Source: Eledone cirrhosa
Taxonomy: Eukaryota
DNA: 64,000 nt
Assembly: GCA_964016885.1 (NCBI GenBank)
Contig: OZ024756.1
Location: forward strand, 39,556,001-39,620,000
Reading direction: 5' to 3'
The first letter of the stretch is position 1. Each line of letters opens with the position of its first letter. The position numbers and the translations under genes are program-made. Below, one piece after another: positions 29,258 through 44,258 of this stretch. The notes under the pieces are model-generated. The model made no database searches, had not been told where the DNA came from, and saw only the letters and a program-made list of their open reading frames with translations.

Positions 29258-29950
29258 ATCATAATGTAGAGCCTTTGTAGTTTAATGTACAGCGTTTGTA
29301 GTATAATGTAGAGCTTGTGCAGTATAATGTAGAGCGTTTGTAGTATAATGTAGAGCTTGTGCAGTATAATGTAGAGCGTTTGTAGTATAATGTAGAGCTT
29401 GTGCAGTATAATGTAGAGCGTTTGTAGTATAATGTAGAGCTTGTGCAGTATAATGTAGAGCGTTTGTAGTATAATGTAGAGCTTGTGCAGTATAATGTAG
29501 AGCGTTTGTAGTATAATGTAGAGCTTGTGCAGTATAATGTAGAGCGTCTGTAGTATAATGTAGAGCTTGTGCAGTATAATGTAGAGCGTTTGTAGTATAA
29601 TGTAGAGCTTGTGCAGTATAATGTAGAGCGTGTAGGGTATAATGTAGAACGTGTGTAGTTTAATGTAGAGCGTGTGTAGTATAATGTAGAGTTTGTGCAG
29701 TATAATGTAGAGCGTGTAGGGTATAATGTAGAACGTGTGTAGTTTAATGTAGAGCGTGTGTAGTATAATGTAGAGCTTGTGCAGTATAATGTAGAGCGTG
29801 TAGGGTATAATGTAGAACGTGTGTAGTTTAATGTAGAGCGTGTGTAGTATAATGTAGAGCTTGTGCAGTATAATGTAGAGCGTGTAGGGTATAATGTAGA
29901 ACGTGTGCGGTATAATGTGCAGCGTATGCAGTATAATGTGCAGCGTATAG
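29258..29950 (+). repeat. 21-bp minisatellite (yAGTATAATGTAGAGCkTkTG) with 42- and 84-bp higher-order structure
   Basis: Direct reading; about 33 units. Confidence 0.95.
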
Positions 29951-30074
29951 AGTATTCATATATAATTCATATAGAATATACTATACATATTATGCAATAT
30001 ACATGTGATAATAAAAATACAAGGAAATACTCACCATAGAATGTTGTGCCTGAAATACAGTTTAATACGATATA

Positions 30075-30395
30075 GTCGAACGGGGTGGACCATCGTCGCT
30101 TTCCACGATGAATGTTCCAGTTATTCGATCAATGGAACATCCTGCTCCTGAAATCTACAGGCAAGTCATGTAATCTACAAGGATATTCAGTGTGACATAT
30201 TCTGTAACAATGCTGCTCCATTGAATTACTGGTACAGTTCATCAAACAGTTTTATTACAAAGTTTCCGTCTATCCTGTTTCCCTTAAAAGGCAGGGATTG
30301 ACCCGATCTATGGTAAATGATACTTGCCTAAGGTGCTACAAAGCTGGACGGAACCCTAATATTTACAAGACAAACTCCTTAATTATTCGGCTAAG
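30075..30395 (-). mobile_element. Old SINE family C copy
   Basis: Degenerate tRNA-like head, GCACCTTAGGCAAGTATC, AGACGGAAAC, and a tail matching 4575-4740. Confidence 0.55.
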
Positions 30396-30502
30396 TCACT
30401 ATAGTTCATTATATACTACTAGCAGAAACACCGCCCTTCGGCTGGTTTTCTTCCTCTTTTCTTTTCCGTTTTCTTAGACATTCTCTGCCTTCCATTGTAT
30501 GT

Positions 30503-30750
30503 GTGACAGCTCACACCTATGCAGGTTTAGCTGGCCTCCTCCTCCAAGGTATATCTCGTTGGCGGTGTCTTGGGTGATTTAATGGTAGGGACCCCAGTCC
30601 TATCATCTCATTTCTACAGCTGAGTAAACTGGAGCAACATGAAATAAAGTTTCTTGCTCAAGGACACAACACATCACCCGGTCCGAGAATTGACCTCACA
30701 ACCTTTCGATTGCAAGCCCAATGCTCTAACCACTAAGCCATGCACCTTCA
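30503..30750 (-). mobile_element. SINE family B with alternative tail
   Basis: Head GAAGGTGCATGGCTTAGTGGTTAGAGC, CORE-like region, tail shared with 12170-12270. Confidence 0.85.
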
Positions 30751-31114
30751 CAATGCGCCTCCCATTCAATATTTAAAATTTTATTTGAAATTTTATTTTA
30801 TTTTTTCTCCCTTTTTAATTTTTTTTTCTTTTATTATTACTTGTCTCATAAGTTCTTTTTGATTACCAAATGTAAGGAGTACTCGATATTTCCTCAAGTC
30901 TGTCATGGCTTACTAGCTCTATACAGATATACGGACGTTTAAATCGAATAAATAAATAACAAAATACATATGTAAAAGATATTGTACATAATATCGTACA
31001 CCATAATACTTTAATACGTTATGTAATATAATGTGTATGAATAAATATGATCAATATGTGTGTGTGAGAGAGAGAGAGAGAGAAAGAGAGAAAGAGAGAG
31101 AGTATGGTGTGGGG

Positions 31115-31190
<76 letters not shown>

Positions 31191-31825
31191 TGGCTCTTTG
31201 TTCAGAAACTACAAAACGGCCATGAAACGATATATACTGATGTTCTCCATCTCAAAAGAAAGATTTCTATAGTATTTACTTTGATATATAAAACACCAAT
31301 GAATTTATAATCATCACATTTTTATTGGATTCCTCTTTTATTTCCTTTATTTCCTTTATTTCCTTTTCCAATCTAAAAACCTGTGGTAGACTTTGTTTTG
31401 CTATTATCTCTCATTCCACTTTCTTTCATTTTAATCAGTCTATTGTTGTTTTTCCTTACCGTTCGAAAGCTTTCATATAAATTCATAAAATTAATTAAAT
31501 GAAAAATAGATAAATAAACAAATAAATAAACAATAGATTGATAAACAAATATTCATGATATCATTATTTCTGAACATATGTAAGCAACCGCTACAGCAAA
31601 ATGATATTCTCGCAGGCATTTTTACTTGATAAATCTAATCTCAGATGAAAACGGACCACAGCTAAGTATAAATAGTAACATGACTGATGTAATATGAGTA
31701 ACGCGTACAGAGATTAAACAATATGAATGAATGTGAAAATGTAGGCTACAAGTTCAAACAGAATGTTCTAAACTACGTCGAGTTAAATCATAATAATAAT
31801 AATCATAATAATAATAATAATAATA

Positions 31826-32055
31826 TTGATATTCAATCCAACGGACTTTCCAGTTAACCAACATCAATGACTGAGATTCAAGGAATAACAACAATAATAA
31901 TAATAATAATAATGGAACACTTCAAAAGGCATGCTTGCTGGGAACAGCAAGAACCCTCCGATACGTCCTGAATATCTGAGGCTGCAGGTAGTGGCTTGAT
32001 ATTCATTTCAACAAACTTTCCAGTTAAATAACATCAATGAGTGAGACTCAAAGAA
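31826..32055 (+). mobile_element. Two tandem 5'-truncated R4/Dong-type 3' ends in (TAA)n
   Basis: 31914-31979 reads GTLQKACLLGTARTLRYVLNI*, followed by a 3'UTR. 31826-31885 is a shorter diverged copy of the same UTR end. Each is bounded by (AAT)n. Confidence 0.82.
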
Positions 32056-32141
32056 CAATAATAATAATAATAATAATGAAATGATTGTGTACAGTGCTCA
32101 GGTGCACTACAACTCATCAAAGATGCATGTATAGTACATAG

Positions 32142-32235
32142 AATAATTGTTTCTACTTTTGACACAAGGCCAGCAAATACCCAGTGCATTACTGGTAATT
32201 TATTTCACCGACCCCTAAGGATGAAATGCAAAGCT
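32142..32235 (-). mobile_element. SINE A 3' fragment
   Basis: Core and tail. Confidence 0.8.
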
Positions 32236-32483
32236 ATCAAAACAAAGTTCTCACTACTAACTTACAAGATCCGATTATTGTATGTTGTATGTACATTCCG
32301 ATCAGGGGGAGATAACTTGACTAGGTGAGTGTAATTTGTTATTGTGTGAACGTGTTCCACAATGTTGTGTCAACTCTATCCTCTGGTTCGAGTGGTGTAT
32401 TACATGTCGCATCTGTCTAAGACTTATATTCATGTAGAGCTTCATATACGTACACATGCCTACAAACATGCATCCAAACAACT

Positions 32484-32880
<397 letters not shown>

Positions 32881-33217
32881 ATAACGGTATAATAGAAGAA
32901 AATGACAAGTGAAAGTAATGAAAAATGTTCAATACATTTTATTATGATGTTATTAGAGTTGTTTGGTAAAAGGTTTTATGGGAAGATTTTTTTTATAAAA
33001 TATTAATGTGGTATTTTTTTTCATGAAAGATTTCTCACGTTTTTTGTTGTTGATCAATATTTATATAACCAAAAATATACACATCGATTACTAACATCGT
33101 CTGTGTCTACAATAGTTGTCTCGAGAGGCAGCAATTGTGCCGACACTTTGACAACAGTTCAGACATTTTATTGTAATATACAATATATAATACTTATAAG
33201 ATTCTTTGCTTAAACTG

Positions 33218-33308
<91 letters not shown>

Positions 33309-33309
33309 C

Positions 33310-33343
<34 letters not shown>

Positions 33344-33345
<2 letters not shown>

Positions 33346-33672
33346 GATAACAAGTTATCGTTATAGGTAATCCAGTTAGAGGTTGTGAGTACTCTGTGTC
33401 GTGGATAGTTTTAACGTACGGCCTTGTTTGACTCAACAAGGTGCTTCCATAGTTATGCAGCGAGTTCGCGGTAATTTCTATGCAGGTTATACTTGGGAGT
33501 AATAATAGTTAAAGAATGAAGAGTAACATGGTTGGCTGTACAATAAGGGGCTTTATTTAAAGTACTGACAATTGTTTCGTAGATCAGGTGAGTCTAGAGT
33601 TCGCTAATCGCTTGAGGTTGCGTCATTCGATCTCCAATACATTATTTACCTCTGGTCAACACATCAGAGTAC
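33344..33672 (-). mobile_element. Family F3 copy
   Basis: Colinear with 16827-17155; begins at (TA)n. Confidence 0.8.
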
Positions 33673-33705
33673 GTAGATATGAAAGTAATTCACTCGAGGC
33701 AAGAC

Positions 33706-34800
33706 TTATATAGAAAAATAGCGTATAATCAAGACAATAACAACAATAACAAAATAGCGTATAATCAAAACAATAACAACAATAATAAAACATGTATGGT
33801 AAATAGGTAGAGAAGTTGCAGATGTAAACAGTAAAAAGTAAAATATAAGATAGGGTACATTAAAGAATAAGAAAATAAGACAAAGGAAAATATAAATAAA
33901 TAAATGAGATCGTGTAAGTACATAGTAATAGTTTTTGAGTAAGTGTTCTTCTAGGGATTCGTTGGTGGGTTTAGTGCTAATATGAGAAACCAGATTCCAG
34001 ATGTACATAGATACGTGTAGACAGCATCAACTCCATTAAGTTAGAACAATCAGCAAAACATTTACAACAAGCGTTTATCAAATGCCCCGTCATCCCTAGC
34101 CCATAAATATCATACATGTATCTACCAATTAATCTCTAATTTATTGTCTTTTCTTTTATCGGACCCTCTACACGTATCTATGTAGATCTGTAATCTGGTT
34201 TCTCATATTAGCACTAAACCCACCAACGAATCCTTAGAAGAACACTTACTCAAAAACTATTACTATGTACTTACACGCTCTCACTTATTTATTTATTTAT
34301 ATTTTCCTTTGTCTTATTTTCTTATTCTTTAATGTACCCTATCTTATATTTTACTTTTTAATTTTTACATCTGTAACTTCTCTACCTATTTACCATACAT
34401 GTTGATGTTATTGTTTTGATTATACGCTATTTTATTATTGCTGTTATTGTTTTAAAATGTCAAACATAATGACTTCTGGCAAGAAACTCTAATATAGAAA
34501 CCTAATTTGCCTCTGGTCCTATATTCACGTCGAATACAAATAACTATCAAAAAACGCTTGAAAATTACTTAGAATTTTAATTGAAAGCAAAATTTAATCT
34601 CAAAGAGAGGGAATTGAAACATTATCCACTGAAAGTTCCTTAAACTCTGAAGAAGGGACTTTTAGGTCCCGAAATATTGGACAGATAAAAGAACAACAAC
34701 AACAACAAAACGAAACAAAGATTACCAGGTAACTTACTTTTACTTTTCATTACCTCGTCTTACAGTCCATTTTGCATTGTTTAAACTTCTATCTCTTTCA
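33706..34800 (+). mobile_element. Penelope-like remnant F9 with ~270-bp inverted duplication and downstream HHR motif
   Basis: Arms ~33750-34021/34167-34450; CTGAAGA-agggac-ttttag-gtccc-GAAATATT at 34647-34678. Confidence 0.65.
34647..34678 (+). ncRNA. Minimal hammerhead ribozyme motif (weak stem I)
   Basis: CUGAAGA, 5-bp stem II GGGAC/GUCCC, GAAA-UAUU. Confidence 0.55.
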
Positions 34801-36595
34801 ACGTTATTGAAAAAAGAAGTAAGTGACATAGTCACTACTTTAAAATAAAAGCGTAAGGTCTTCAAAATGTTTTTAATTAAACATACAGTATATTGCTAAA
34901 TATACTATACACACATTCATGTATACATCGCTATTTCAGAGCACCAATCCTAATTATATATAATACTTCAAGCAAACTACAACATTTTATTAAAAATACA
35001 TTCTTTACAAAAATATTTGTATTGTGTCTAAGTTAGAAATTAATAATCTGCAAAATAGTATAAACATTATAAATAGACTTAATAATTTTAAGGAGAGTAA
35101 ATTTGTATAGACTGAATACAATGTTTTGTAAGTGGTGTAAACTATATCAATGAGCAACTACCTACGTGTCATAAGTCTGTCCTTCCCAAGCCCAGGGGCT
35201 AAATGGTATCAGTTGAAAATAAAAGAAAATAAACATTGAATATATTTAGTGAAGGATTAACCTGTGGTACACACATTCTACGATATAAACTTTCTTTTAT
35301 CAGATGTACGTAGCCTTTTAGCTGAGAGAACCTAACCTCAACATTGGCACTTTGGAAATCCCTGTTAAATCAACTTGAAACTAAATTGATAATAACGTTT
35401 AATTTTCTTTCAGGAACAACGATCTCCAAAACCGATCAGAGGACGTAGAAGATAAATAGCTAAACCAAATAGCAGCATTTAGTGAACTTACAATGAAAAC
35501 CATTAAATCAGTTTGCCTAAAACGGTCTTTCATTCCAATAAAGATTGCTACAGGTGAACTGTCACTTTATATAGAATTAAATGGATTCAAATATTGAATG
35601 ATTGAAGAAACCATATTGTCATGTATTCTCCGGTTAATACACAGAACTTACAAAAATGTATTCATAATAAACGAAATAAGAAAGAAAATATGTGCATGTT
35701 AGATTGACAAAATAGACGAGAAAATATATTTTCTAACGTGACAAAAAGAAACACTAAATAACAAAATCAGTGCTAGTCTACTTGCGTTGCTGACAACTAA
35801 AATAGGTTGAGTTTTTCTTAATATTTTACGTAAATTATTCCATTTGTTCTAGTCATAGAAAGTCTCCGATATAAGCCGGCATAAATGAGAAACATTTTTT
35901 CATATTTTTCTTACAGATAGGTTCTGATTCTGGGCAACGATAATAAAAAATGTTTCTTTATACTTTTAGACAAGTAATTATTTTCTAAACACACGTATAA
36001 ATTGACCTAACATCTCACAAAATGCTCCACGTATATAAATAAAATTTCCTCATAATAATATCATATATGTTGCAAGCTTTCTTTTATGGCATCTTTGGTC
36101 TTTCAATTTCTGTGTAATCTCTTTCCTTCACCACCCGGTTTACCATATCTAATTGCTTTTTGCTTGTGTAAAATAGGATTTCTTCTTTCCGTCTCTGAAG
36201 TCAGTTATAAAATCATAAAATCAACTTGCGGAAAGTAAATTCAATCAACCAACCTATTTTTTCGATGAATTCTGATTCTCATAAATATTTTCCTTTGACA
36301 TTTGTCAGTTAGATTGCTCGCTTAATCTCAAATATATCCATATTCAAACCTTACTGAATTATTCAAACTGCTCGTAATTTTAAGATGATAACTTCTAATA
36401 TTACACAACCGAAATCAAATTTTTTTTTTGCATAACTGGGATTTCTAAACAACCTATTCCTTGGACATCTGACTTCTGCCTTAAATTTAAATTCTAACTT
36501 ACAAGCTGTATCATCAGTAAGAATAAATGGAAATGTTATTCGGAATCGCGCTATATAAAATAAACTAGCTACTGACATTGGCTTCAACAGAGACA

Positions 36596-36795
36596 TTGGC
36601 AGTATCGGTAGAGAGTCGGACAGTTTGCTTCGCAGCATAGAGTTACGGTCCTTTACGGTCTGAGTTCAAATCCCGCCGAGGTTAACTTTACCTTTCATCC
36701 TTACGGGGTCGATAATATAAAGCACCAGTAACGTACTGGGGTCGATTTAATCCCCCCAAATTACTGGCCTTGTGTCTATACTAGAAATCATTATT
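36596..36795 (+). mobile_element. SINE A long-tail variant
   Basis: Head, core and GGGGTCGATTTAATC segment. Confidence 0.9.
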
Positions 36796-37419
36796 ACGAG
36801 AAGTGATGTCGGGTAATATTCAGGGAGATTTAAATTCGACATAGTTTTTAAGCCACATTTCACTTATTTAAGAGGGAAAACTCCACCAAAACATATTACC
36901 CATATAACTAATTGGATACTAACCTACGTACATGCCTCAGTACAAACCTTGAGAAGCTTCACAGGAACAGAAAGAACACGATTAGTTAGGAGATTATAAG
37001 TAAAATCCATTAATGGAACAGTAAAAATATGTGCCATATTCAAAGATTTCTGCATGTAATAATTGCATGTACACATGTACAGATGCAAAACATATGCACA
37101 TGCACATATATAACTCAAAACATCCACATCCACACATACAATAACGTCGATACCTGCACACACACACGCGCATGCAGACATACATACATATCTACCTAGT
37201 TGATGTTGTGTAAATTCCAATGAGAGAGTCTTGTAACTATGTTAGAAACCGACTCTTTCTCTCTGGGTAAAAATTTGTAAAATTATGAATCCAGCTTCTC
37301 TATTCCATTTGTTATACAGAAGATCTAGATAATCTCGGTTACGCCCTCTGATTCAAGCGATGATAGTGACGTATGATTCTATTCTATAGACGCACGAGAA
37401 GGAGGATTATATTGTGCAC

Positions 37420-37471
<52 letters not shown>

Positions 37472-37902
37472 AGGGAGTGATCTGTGTGCCTGTGTGTGTG
37501 TTTATGAATATGTATGTATACACTTTCATGTACAATTATGTGTAGTTTTTCGACCTTTCTTAGCAGCTGCTAAATGTCTCTGACGTAAGAACATATCTCT
37601 TTCTCTTATTGAGCTAGACATTAGTAACTCGTTGTATGTATGTTGGTGTTTAAACTATATATTACTGGCGATATAAAATGCGTCTGCCTATCGGTTTCTA
37701 TTTTGTTTCATCCATTTCCACTGGGATTTCGAAACAATTTTCTTCGTTATAATATCATTAACTCGCGAATGAAGCTACTTTTTATTCGAAGACGAACAAA
37801 TTGCGTTGTATATCTTGAGTATTTTTATAAAGGAAAATGAGGATTGACTACCATATCAATTATTCAAATTCTAAATCGAATATTAGGTGTCCTGATGATA
37901 AT

Positions 37903-38071
37903 AATAATTGCTTCTACTTTAGGCACAAGGCCAGCAATTTAGAGGGGAGTTGAAAATCGATTAAGCCCCAGCACACACTGGGGGTTTATTTTATCGATCC
38001 CGTAAGGATGAAAGGCAAAGCTAACCTCGACGGGATTTGAACTCAGAGCGTAAAGGGTCATAACTCTATGT
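37903..38071 (-). mobile_element. SINE A long-tail variant, 5'-truncated
   Basis: Core and tail. Confidence 0.85.
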
Positions 38072-38073
38072 CA

Positions 38074-38136
<63 letters not shown>

Positions 38137-38138
<2 letters not shown>

Positions 38139-38389
38139 CGAAAGAATTGTGGTAAGGAACCAGGTGGACCATAATGCACCAGAGTACTCGATACTTAGTG
38201 TAGTAGAGTGGGTAATAGGAAAAGAGTCAGGGCCCCGACGGCTGACCTCCGGCCGTTTCGACAGCTACGTCTGAACACTCAAACATATCCAGTTCTGCGT
38301 TTACAGATTGACTTTGTTAGTTTCGGAAGATCCCGTTAAGGGTGAAAACACTGATTCTTTGCTTAAACTTTAATCTGTTATTTTAATAA

Positions 38390-38392
<3 letters not shown>
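38137..38392. mobile_element. Head-to-head chimera of family F1 (minus) and F2 (plus) in (TA)n
   Basis: 38137-38280 matches F1; 38320-38392 matches F2 (7110-7176). Confidence 0.78.
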
Positions 38393-38425
<33 letters not shown>

Positions 38426-39495
38426 ATAATATATATATATATATAATATATATATATATTTCCTTTCCGACTTTTGTAGTTGCTTATTTACGTGCTGTTT
38501 TCACAAGATGTGATTTGTTCAATTTAACAAACTACCCTAAGTTGCTTTGATGTTTTAACGATTTTCCAAACATAACATATCGTGGTAACGACCTAACCAT
38601 TTTAACAGAAAAACAAGTTCTGAATCGTGCAATTCTTTTTTTTTTTCCTCCGTTTACATGTTTTGTTTTGCTTTTTTTTTTCATAAAAACTACTTTTCAT
38701 ATAGCGCTCATTCTCTGGAGTCTTGCTTTGATACCTAACCTATCTTAATTATGATTCGGTAAATTGTATTTTTTTAGCAATTTAATATATTTCGTCTTCT
38801 TGTGTATGTTGTATATATCTGTGCTAATCGCTCATTTTAAAACTCCATCTAATATATTTCTTAATGGAATGACTGGTTTAGTGTCCTGTTTGTTTAGTTC
38901 ATTTTTACAAATAATGAACGACTTTTTTATAGTTATTAATAATCTGTTAATGTTTAGATATATTTGGTATTTGTTCTTACGTTTTTGGTTCTTATATGTT
39001 TTCTCTGAATGTCTAACTTTCCATTAATAAAATTAACATTTAGATTGATTTCTGTCGTATTTTCAAAGTTCGTGCCTTTGAATAGTTTAAATTTTCACTT
39101 AAATTGATCTGTCTTCTCGTCGTTTTCACTTAAATCAAATCAAATCAAATCAAATCAATTCATTGATTTGGTCATCATACGACCCAACACCTGCGACATA
39201 CTTTTATTTAAAACACCAAACAATGACATTCCTGTTTGTTTCCTGACAGCCATTGATTTGATTTCCAGATATTTTGTATAAGTACTCAAAACCACGAACC
39301 ACATAATCCCCAGACGTGTGTCATGACGATTCAGTAGGTAAAGCCAGACGGAAAATTGCTCTAAAGTGAGAAATGCTATCAAATATATGATCAGGAAAGA
39401 GTTACTCCAATTGTAAAACATATTGTAAAACATTTCATCATTAAAAAATAGCAGCTATGAGAAAAGTCATTCTTATCATATTTCAAACACACACA

Positions 39496-39630
<135 letters not shown>

Positions 39631-39657
39631 TGGCGGAATGGGTGGCGGACTAAATAT

Positions 39658-39927
39658 TACTAATAGGTCGATTTCCAAAATCATTTGGGTGTTCCATCAA
39701 CTACATCCTCGTTTTGTTTCTCATCTAAATATATTCTAGATTCTAGACTATATTTTAACCTGTAATCCATATTTCATTTCTGTTGTACCTACCCCCCCCC
39801 CCTCTTTCTCTCTCTCTTTCTGTCTCTGATATTTGAATCTACCACGATTTGGGCGTATTTTATTCATATACAGTATATATATATATGATTTTTGCATGTC
39901 AGATTCAAACTTACAATGATTGGCATT
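39658..39927 (+). repeat. Diverged copy of 40725-40952
   Basis: GGTCGA..AATCATTTGGGTGTTCCAT..AACTACATCCTCG...AGATTCAAACTTACAAyGATTGGCATT+(TA)n in both. Confidence 0.8.
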
Positions 39928-39941
39928 ATATATATATATAT

Positions 39942-40185
39942 AACAAAGGAATTGTGGTAAGGAACCAGATGGACCATCACGCACCAGAGTACTCAGTACT
40001 TAGGGTAGTAGAGTGGGAAATAGGAAAAAGTATAACCCCGACGGCAGAGCTCAATCCGTTTCGACGGCTATTTCTGGACTAAAAAAATAAAAAAAAAAAG
40101 AAATTTAATTTCTTTTTTTTTTTTAGTCCCGAAATAGCCGTCGAAACGGCTTGAGCTCTGCCGTCGGGGTCATACTTTTTCCTAT
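39942..40185. mobile_element. Family F1 foldback copy
   Basis: Inverted arms ~40021-40105/40106-40185 with polyA/polyT centre; flanked by (TA)n. Confidence 0.85.
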
Positions 40186-40289
40186 ATATATATATTATTT
40201 GTTTGTTAAAATAATCAAATTAAATTAATTAAACAGTTCAACACACATAGGAATAATAGGTTGTTACCAAAGAGCCAGAAGATTGACAT

Positions 40290-41060
<771 letters not shown>

Positions 41061-41160
41061 GATGAATAAATTAGAATTCTGTACAAATCATCGTATATAA
41101 TAAAATTAATGAAAGTTGACGATGCGCCTTATTGTGATATATATATATATATATATATTA

Positions 41161-41990
41161 GAAAGTGAGGTTTTTTTTACAAAATGAAAAATAACCGAGG
41201 TGTCCTACACGAGTGAAAGTATAAGGAAAAAAGATAAAATCGAAAATGCAACTGGAGTCTTTTTTTTTATATATATTTATTTGGTTCCTTTAGCGGTTTC
41301 GCAGTTCTTCTGCTTTTCAAAAGTAGAATTGAGGGTATAGACACCTTTCGGTCACAATTGACCATAGAATTTGCACCCACCTCCGTTCTCATTTACTCAG
41401 TTTGTCATTTAAGTAGGTTTGGAATCTCCTGTTTTGATACGTCGTTTGCAATTGAGAATTTCGGGTTCAGCTGTAGTGAGTGGACGAACAGGAATTTTGT
41501 GATAAATCGTTTTATCAACATAAAAATGTAATTCTCACCGGGTAATGGAAATGAACTATCATCATAATGCAACCATATTAACTCACTTTCATTTTGTAAT
41601 ATTTTATACGACATCCCAGAACATATTTTTTATCTGCTTACAGCACAATATGATATGTTAATACACACAGTAAAAACTTAGTCATAATACTAATTATATT
41701 CCATCTTTACGAAAACAGGATAAGTAGAGAGGTTTGCTTATTGAAATTTTGTATTATGCTTATACAATTTGGCTGCGATATATCATTTTTTAATATTTTA
41801 ATAGCGAAGCATTGCGTTTGGGCATCTATAATTATATCTTCATTTTCTGCAGCCTTTAGAGAATTCCAAATGGTTTTGGCTTTTATATTCATTTATTTTC
41901 CATTTCTGCCAAGATTTCTTCACAATTTACACAACGCATCTCTATATCTGTATCTACTTTCTGAATTACTCATTCAAATGTTAATTGTAT
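41161..41990 (-). mobile_element. Degenerate Penelope-like element (family F4 pLTR plus decayed ORF end)
   Basis: Minus 41230-41330 matches 48627-48735 and contains UUGAAAA-gcag/cugc-GAAAC. Upstream decayed peptide (LIKRFITKF...LN) weakly resembles a GIY-YIG C-terminus. Confidence 0.5.
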
Positions 41991-42402
41991 GTTTATATTT
42001 TATATATACATAGCGTTACAATGTCACTGTTTTAATACACTAAGCCTAAAAAACATGTTTGTATTACTATTTAGTATTTTACAGTTTCTCCTAGTTTCAG
42101 CTATTCCACGGCGGCCATGCTGTGAAGGGTTTAATCGATCATATCAATATCAATCCCTATTTCTTTTTGTATCTGTTTTGTATCTTATTTTATCGATTTC
42201 ATTTAGTTAATCTGCTCAGCCATAAGTCATAAACATACAACACCGAATTAAGTTTAAGCGAAGTATATGTAAACACAGTCATGTACCCAAATACACATTT
42301 ATACTCTTTCTTAAACATATGTTGCATTGTTTTACTGTTTTTGTATATTTTTAGTAGTGATGCTAACCTCAGATTTTTAATCTGCATTATTCCTCGCTGT
42401 GA

Positions 42403-43001
42403 GAGCGGTGGATTGTCAGTATCGGTAGAGCGTCGGACGCCATGCTTTGGAACATAGAGTTACGGTCCTTTATGATCTGAGTTCAAATCCCGCCGAGGTT
42501 AACTTTGCTTTCATCCTTACAGGCTCGATAATATAAAGTACCAGTCACTGGGGTGGATTTAATCGACTTTCCCCTAACCCAAAATTGTTGGCCTTGTGCC
42601 TCAATCAGAAACCATTATTCCTTAAAGTTCTTCATTTAGATCTTCAATGCCTGACTAAAAGAACTGAATGTATCGACGCCAGCATATCTATCTCTCCGAA
42701 GCAACATAGAATAACTACAAGAGCCTTAGGAATAAGGATGTCTCACCAAATATCCAATTTTAATAGTAACCATAGCATGTCTTATATGCATCAAATATAT
42801 ATTTTGAATATCTTAGGGCGGTGAATTGGCAGTATCGGTAGATGGTCGGACATGCTTTCCAGCATACTTACGTCCCTTTACGATCTGAGTTCAAATCCCG
42901 CCGAGGTTATCTTTGCCTTTCATCCGTACCGGGTCGATAAAATAAAGTACCAGTAATGTACTGGCATAATTGCTGGCCTTGTGCCAAAAGTAGAAACAAT
43001 T
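42403..43001 (+). mobile_element. Two SINE A copies (42403-42619 long-tail; 42815-43001 with TSD TATTTTGAATATC)
   Basis: Head, core and tail in both. Confidence 0.9.
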
Positions 43002-43419
43002 ATTTTGAATATCATATGTTGAATATCATGTGTCGAAAGAAAAACTGTTTTGATAAAATACTCCATCATGTTATATGTATTTTCTCTGAGCCCCGATATA
43101 TATCGATTTCCATCTCTTATTGACAGTTCTGTGTAATTCTTCTTCATTTCATTTTAATGGCGTAGATATCTTCCTATGGTATATGTTATTTTGTCAGGGT
43201 TTTTTTTTAAATAATCTCCATTATATAATACCCGATATGTGACGGTTCTTTGTTCCAATGTCACGTTTGACAAGATATAAGCAGAGTAATGGAAAAAAAG
43301 AGAATAACATATGGTATGAAGGAGGAGTATCCATTCAGGGTAGCTAGCAAAGAGAAATGTAAAGAGATAGAGAGAGTTAAGCGACCGTTAAATATATGAG
43401 CAAGTGATCCCGCACACCC

Positions 43420-43520
43420 ACACACACATATATATATATATGTGTGTATATATATATATGTATATATATATGTATATATATATGTATATAAATATATATA
43501 TATACATATATATATACATA

Positions 43521-43554
<34 letters not shown>

Positions 43555-43559
43555 GGTAA

Positions 43560-43652
<93 letters not shown>

Positions 43653-43945
43653 CATATTTATATATAAATATAGATATATACATATATATATACATAAATA
43701 TATATATATATATTTATATATAAATATGTATATATATATATACATATACATATATAAATACATATATATATGTATATGTATCTTTATATATATATATAAA
43801 TATATATATATATAAATGTATATATATATATATGTTTATATATATGTATATATATATGTATATATATATATATATATATATACATATATATATACATATA
43901 TATATACATATATACATATATATACATATAAACATATATATATAC

Positions 43946-44042
<97 letters not shown>

Positions 44043-44070
44043 TATATGTATACTTATATATATATATATA
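43420..44070. repeat. Degenerate (TA)n microsatellite
   Basis: Direct reading. Confidence 0.95.
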
Positions 44071-44206
44071 AGTATTGAAGTTTCCATTGAAAATTGAAAA
44101 AGTCACAGGAATGAAGAGTGCTCTATGTAAGTTACAGAGCTAAATATTTAATGTATAATAAACAATACAGTATAATTACCTGTATACTGTATTGTTTATT
44201 ATACAT

Positions 44207-44256
<50 letters not shown>

Positions 44257-44258
<2 letters not shown>

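Noticed and set aside
30025-30040. Minus-strand ATG|GTGAGT as a first-exon donor
   Set aside because: Isolated motif next to a decayed SINE; no downstream exons identified.
39134-39433. LINE 3' end with (GATTT)n tail, or exon (92-aa ORF)
   Set aside because: No recognisable motif in the peptide; only the pentanucleotide repeat is certain.
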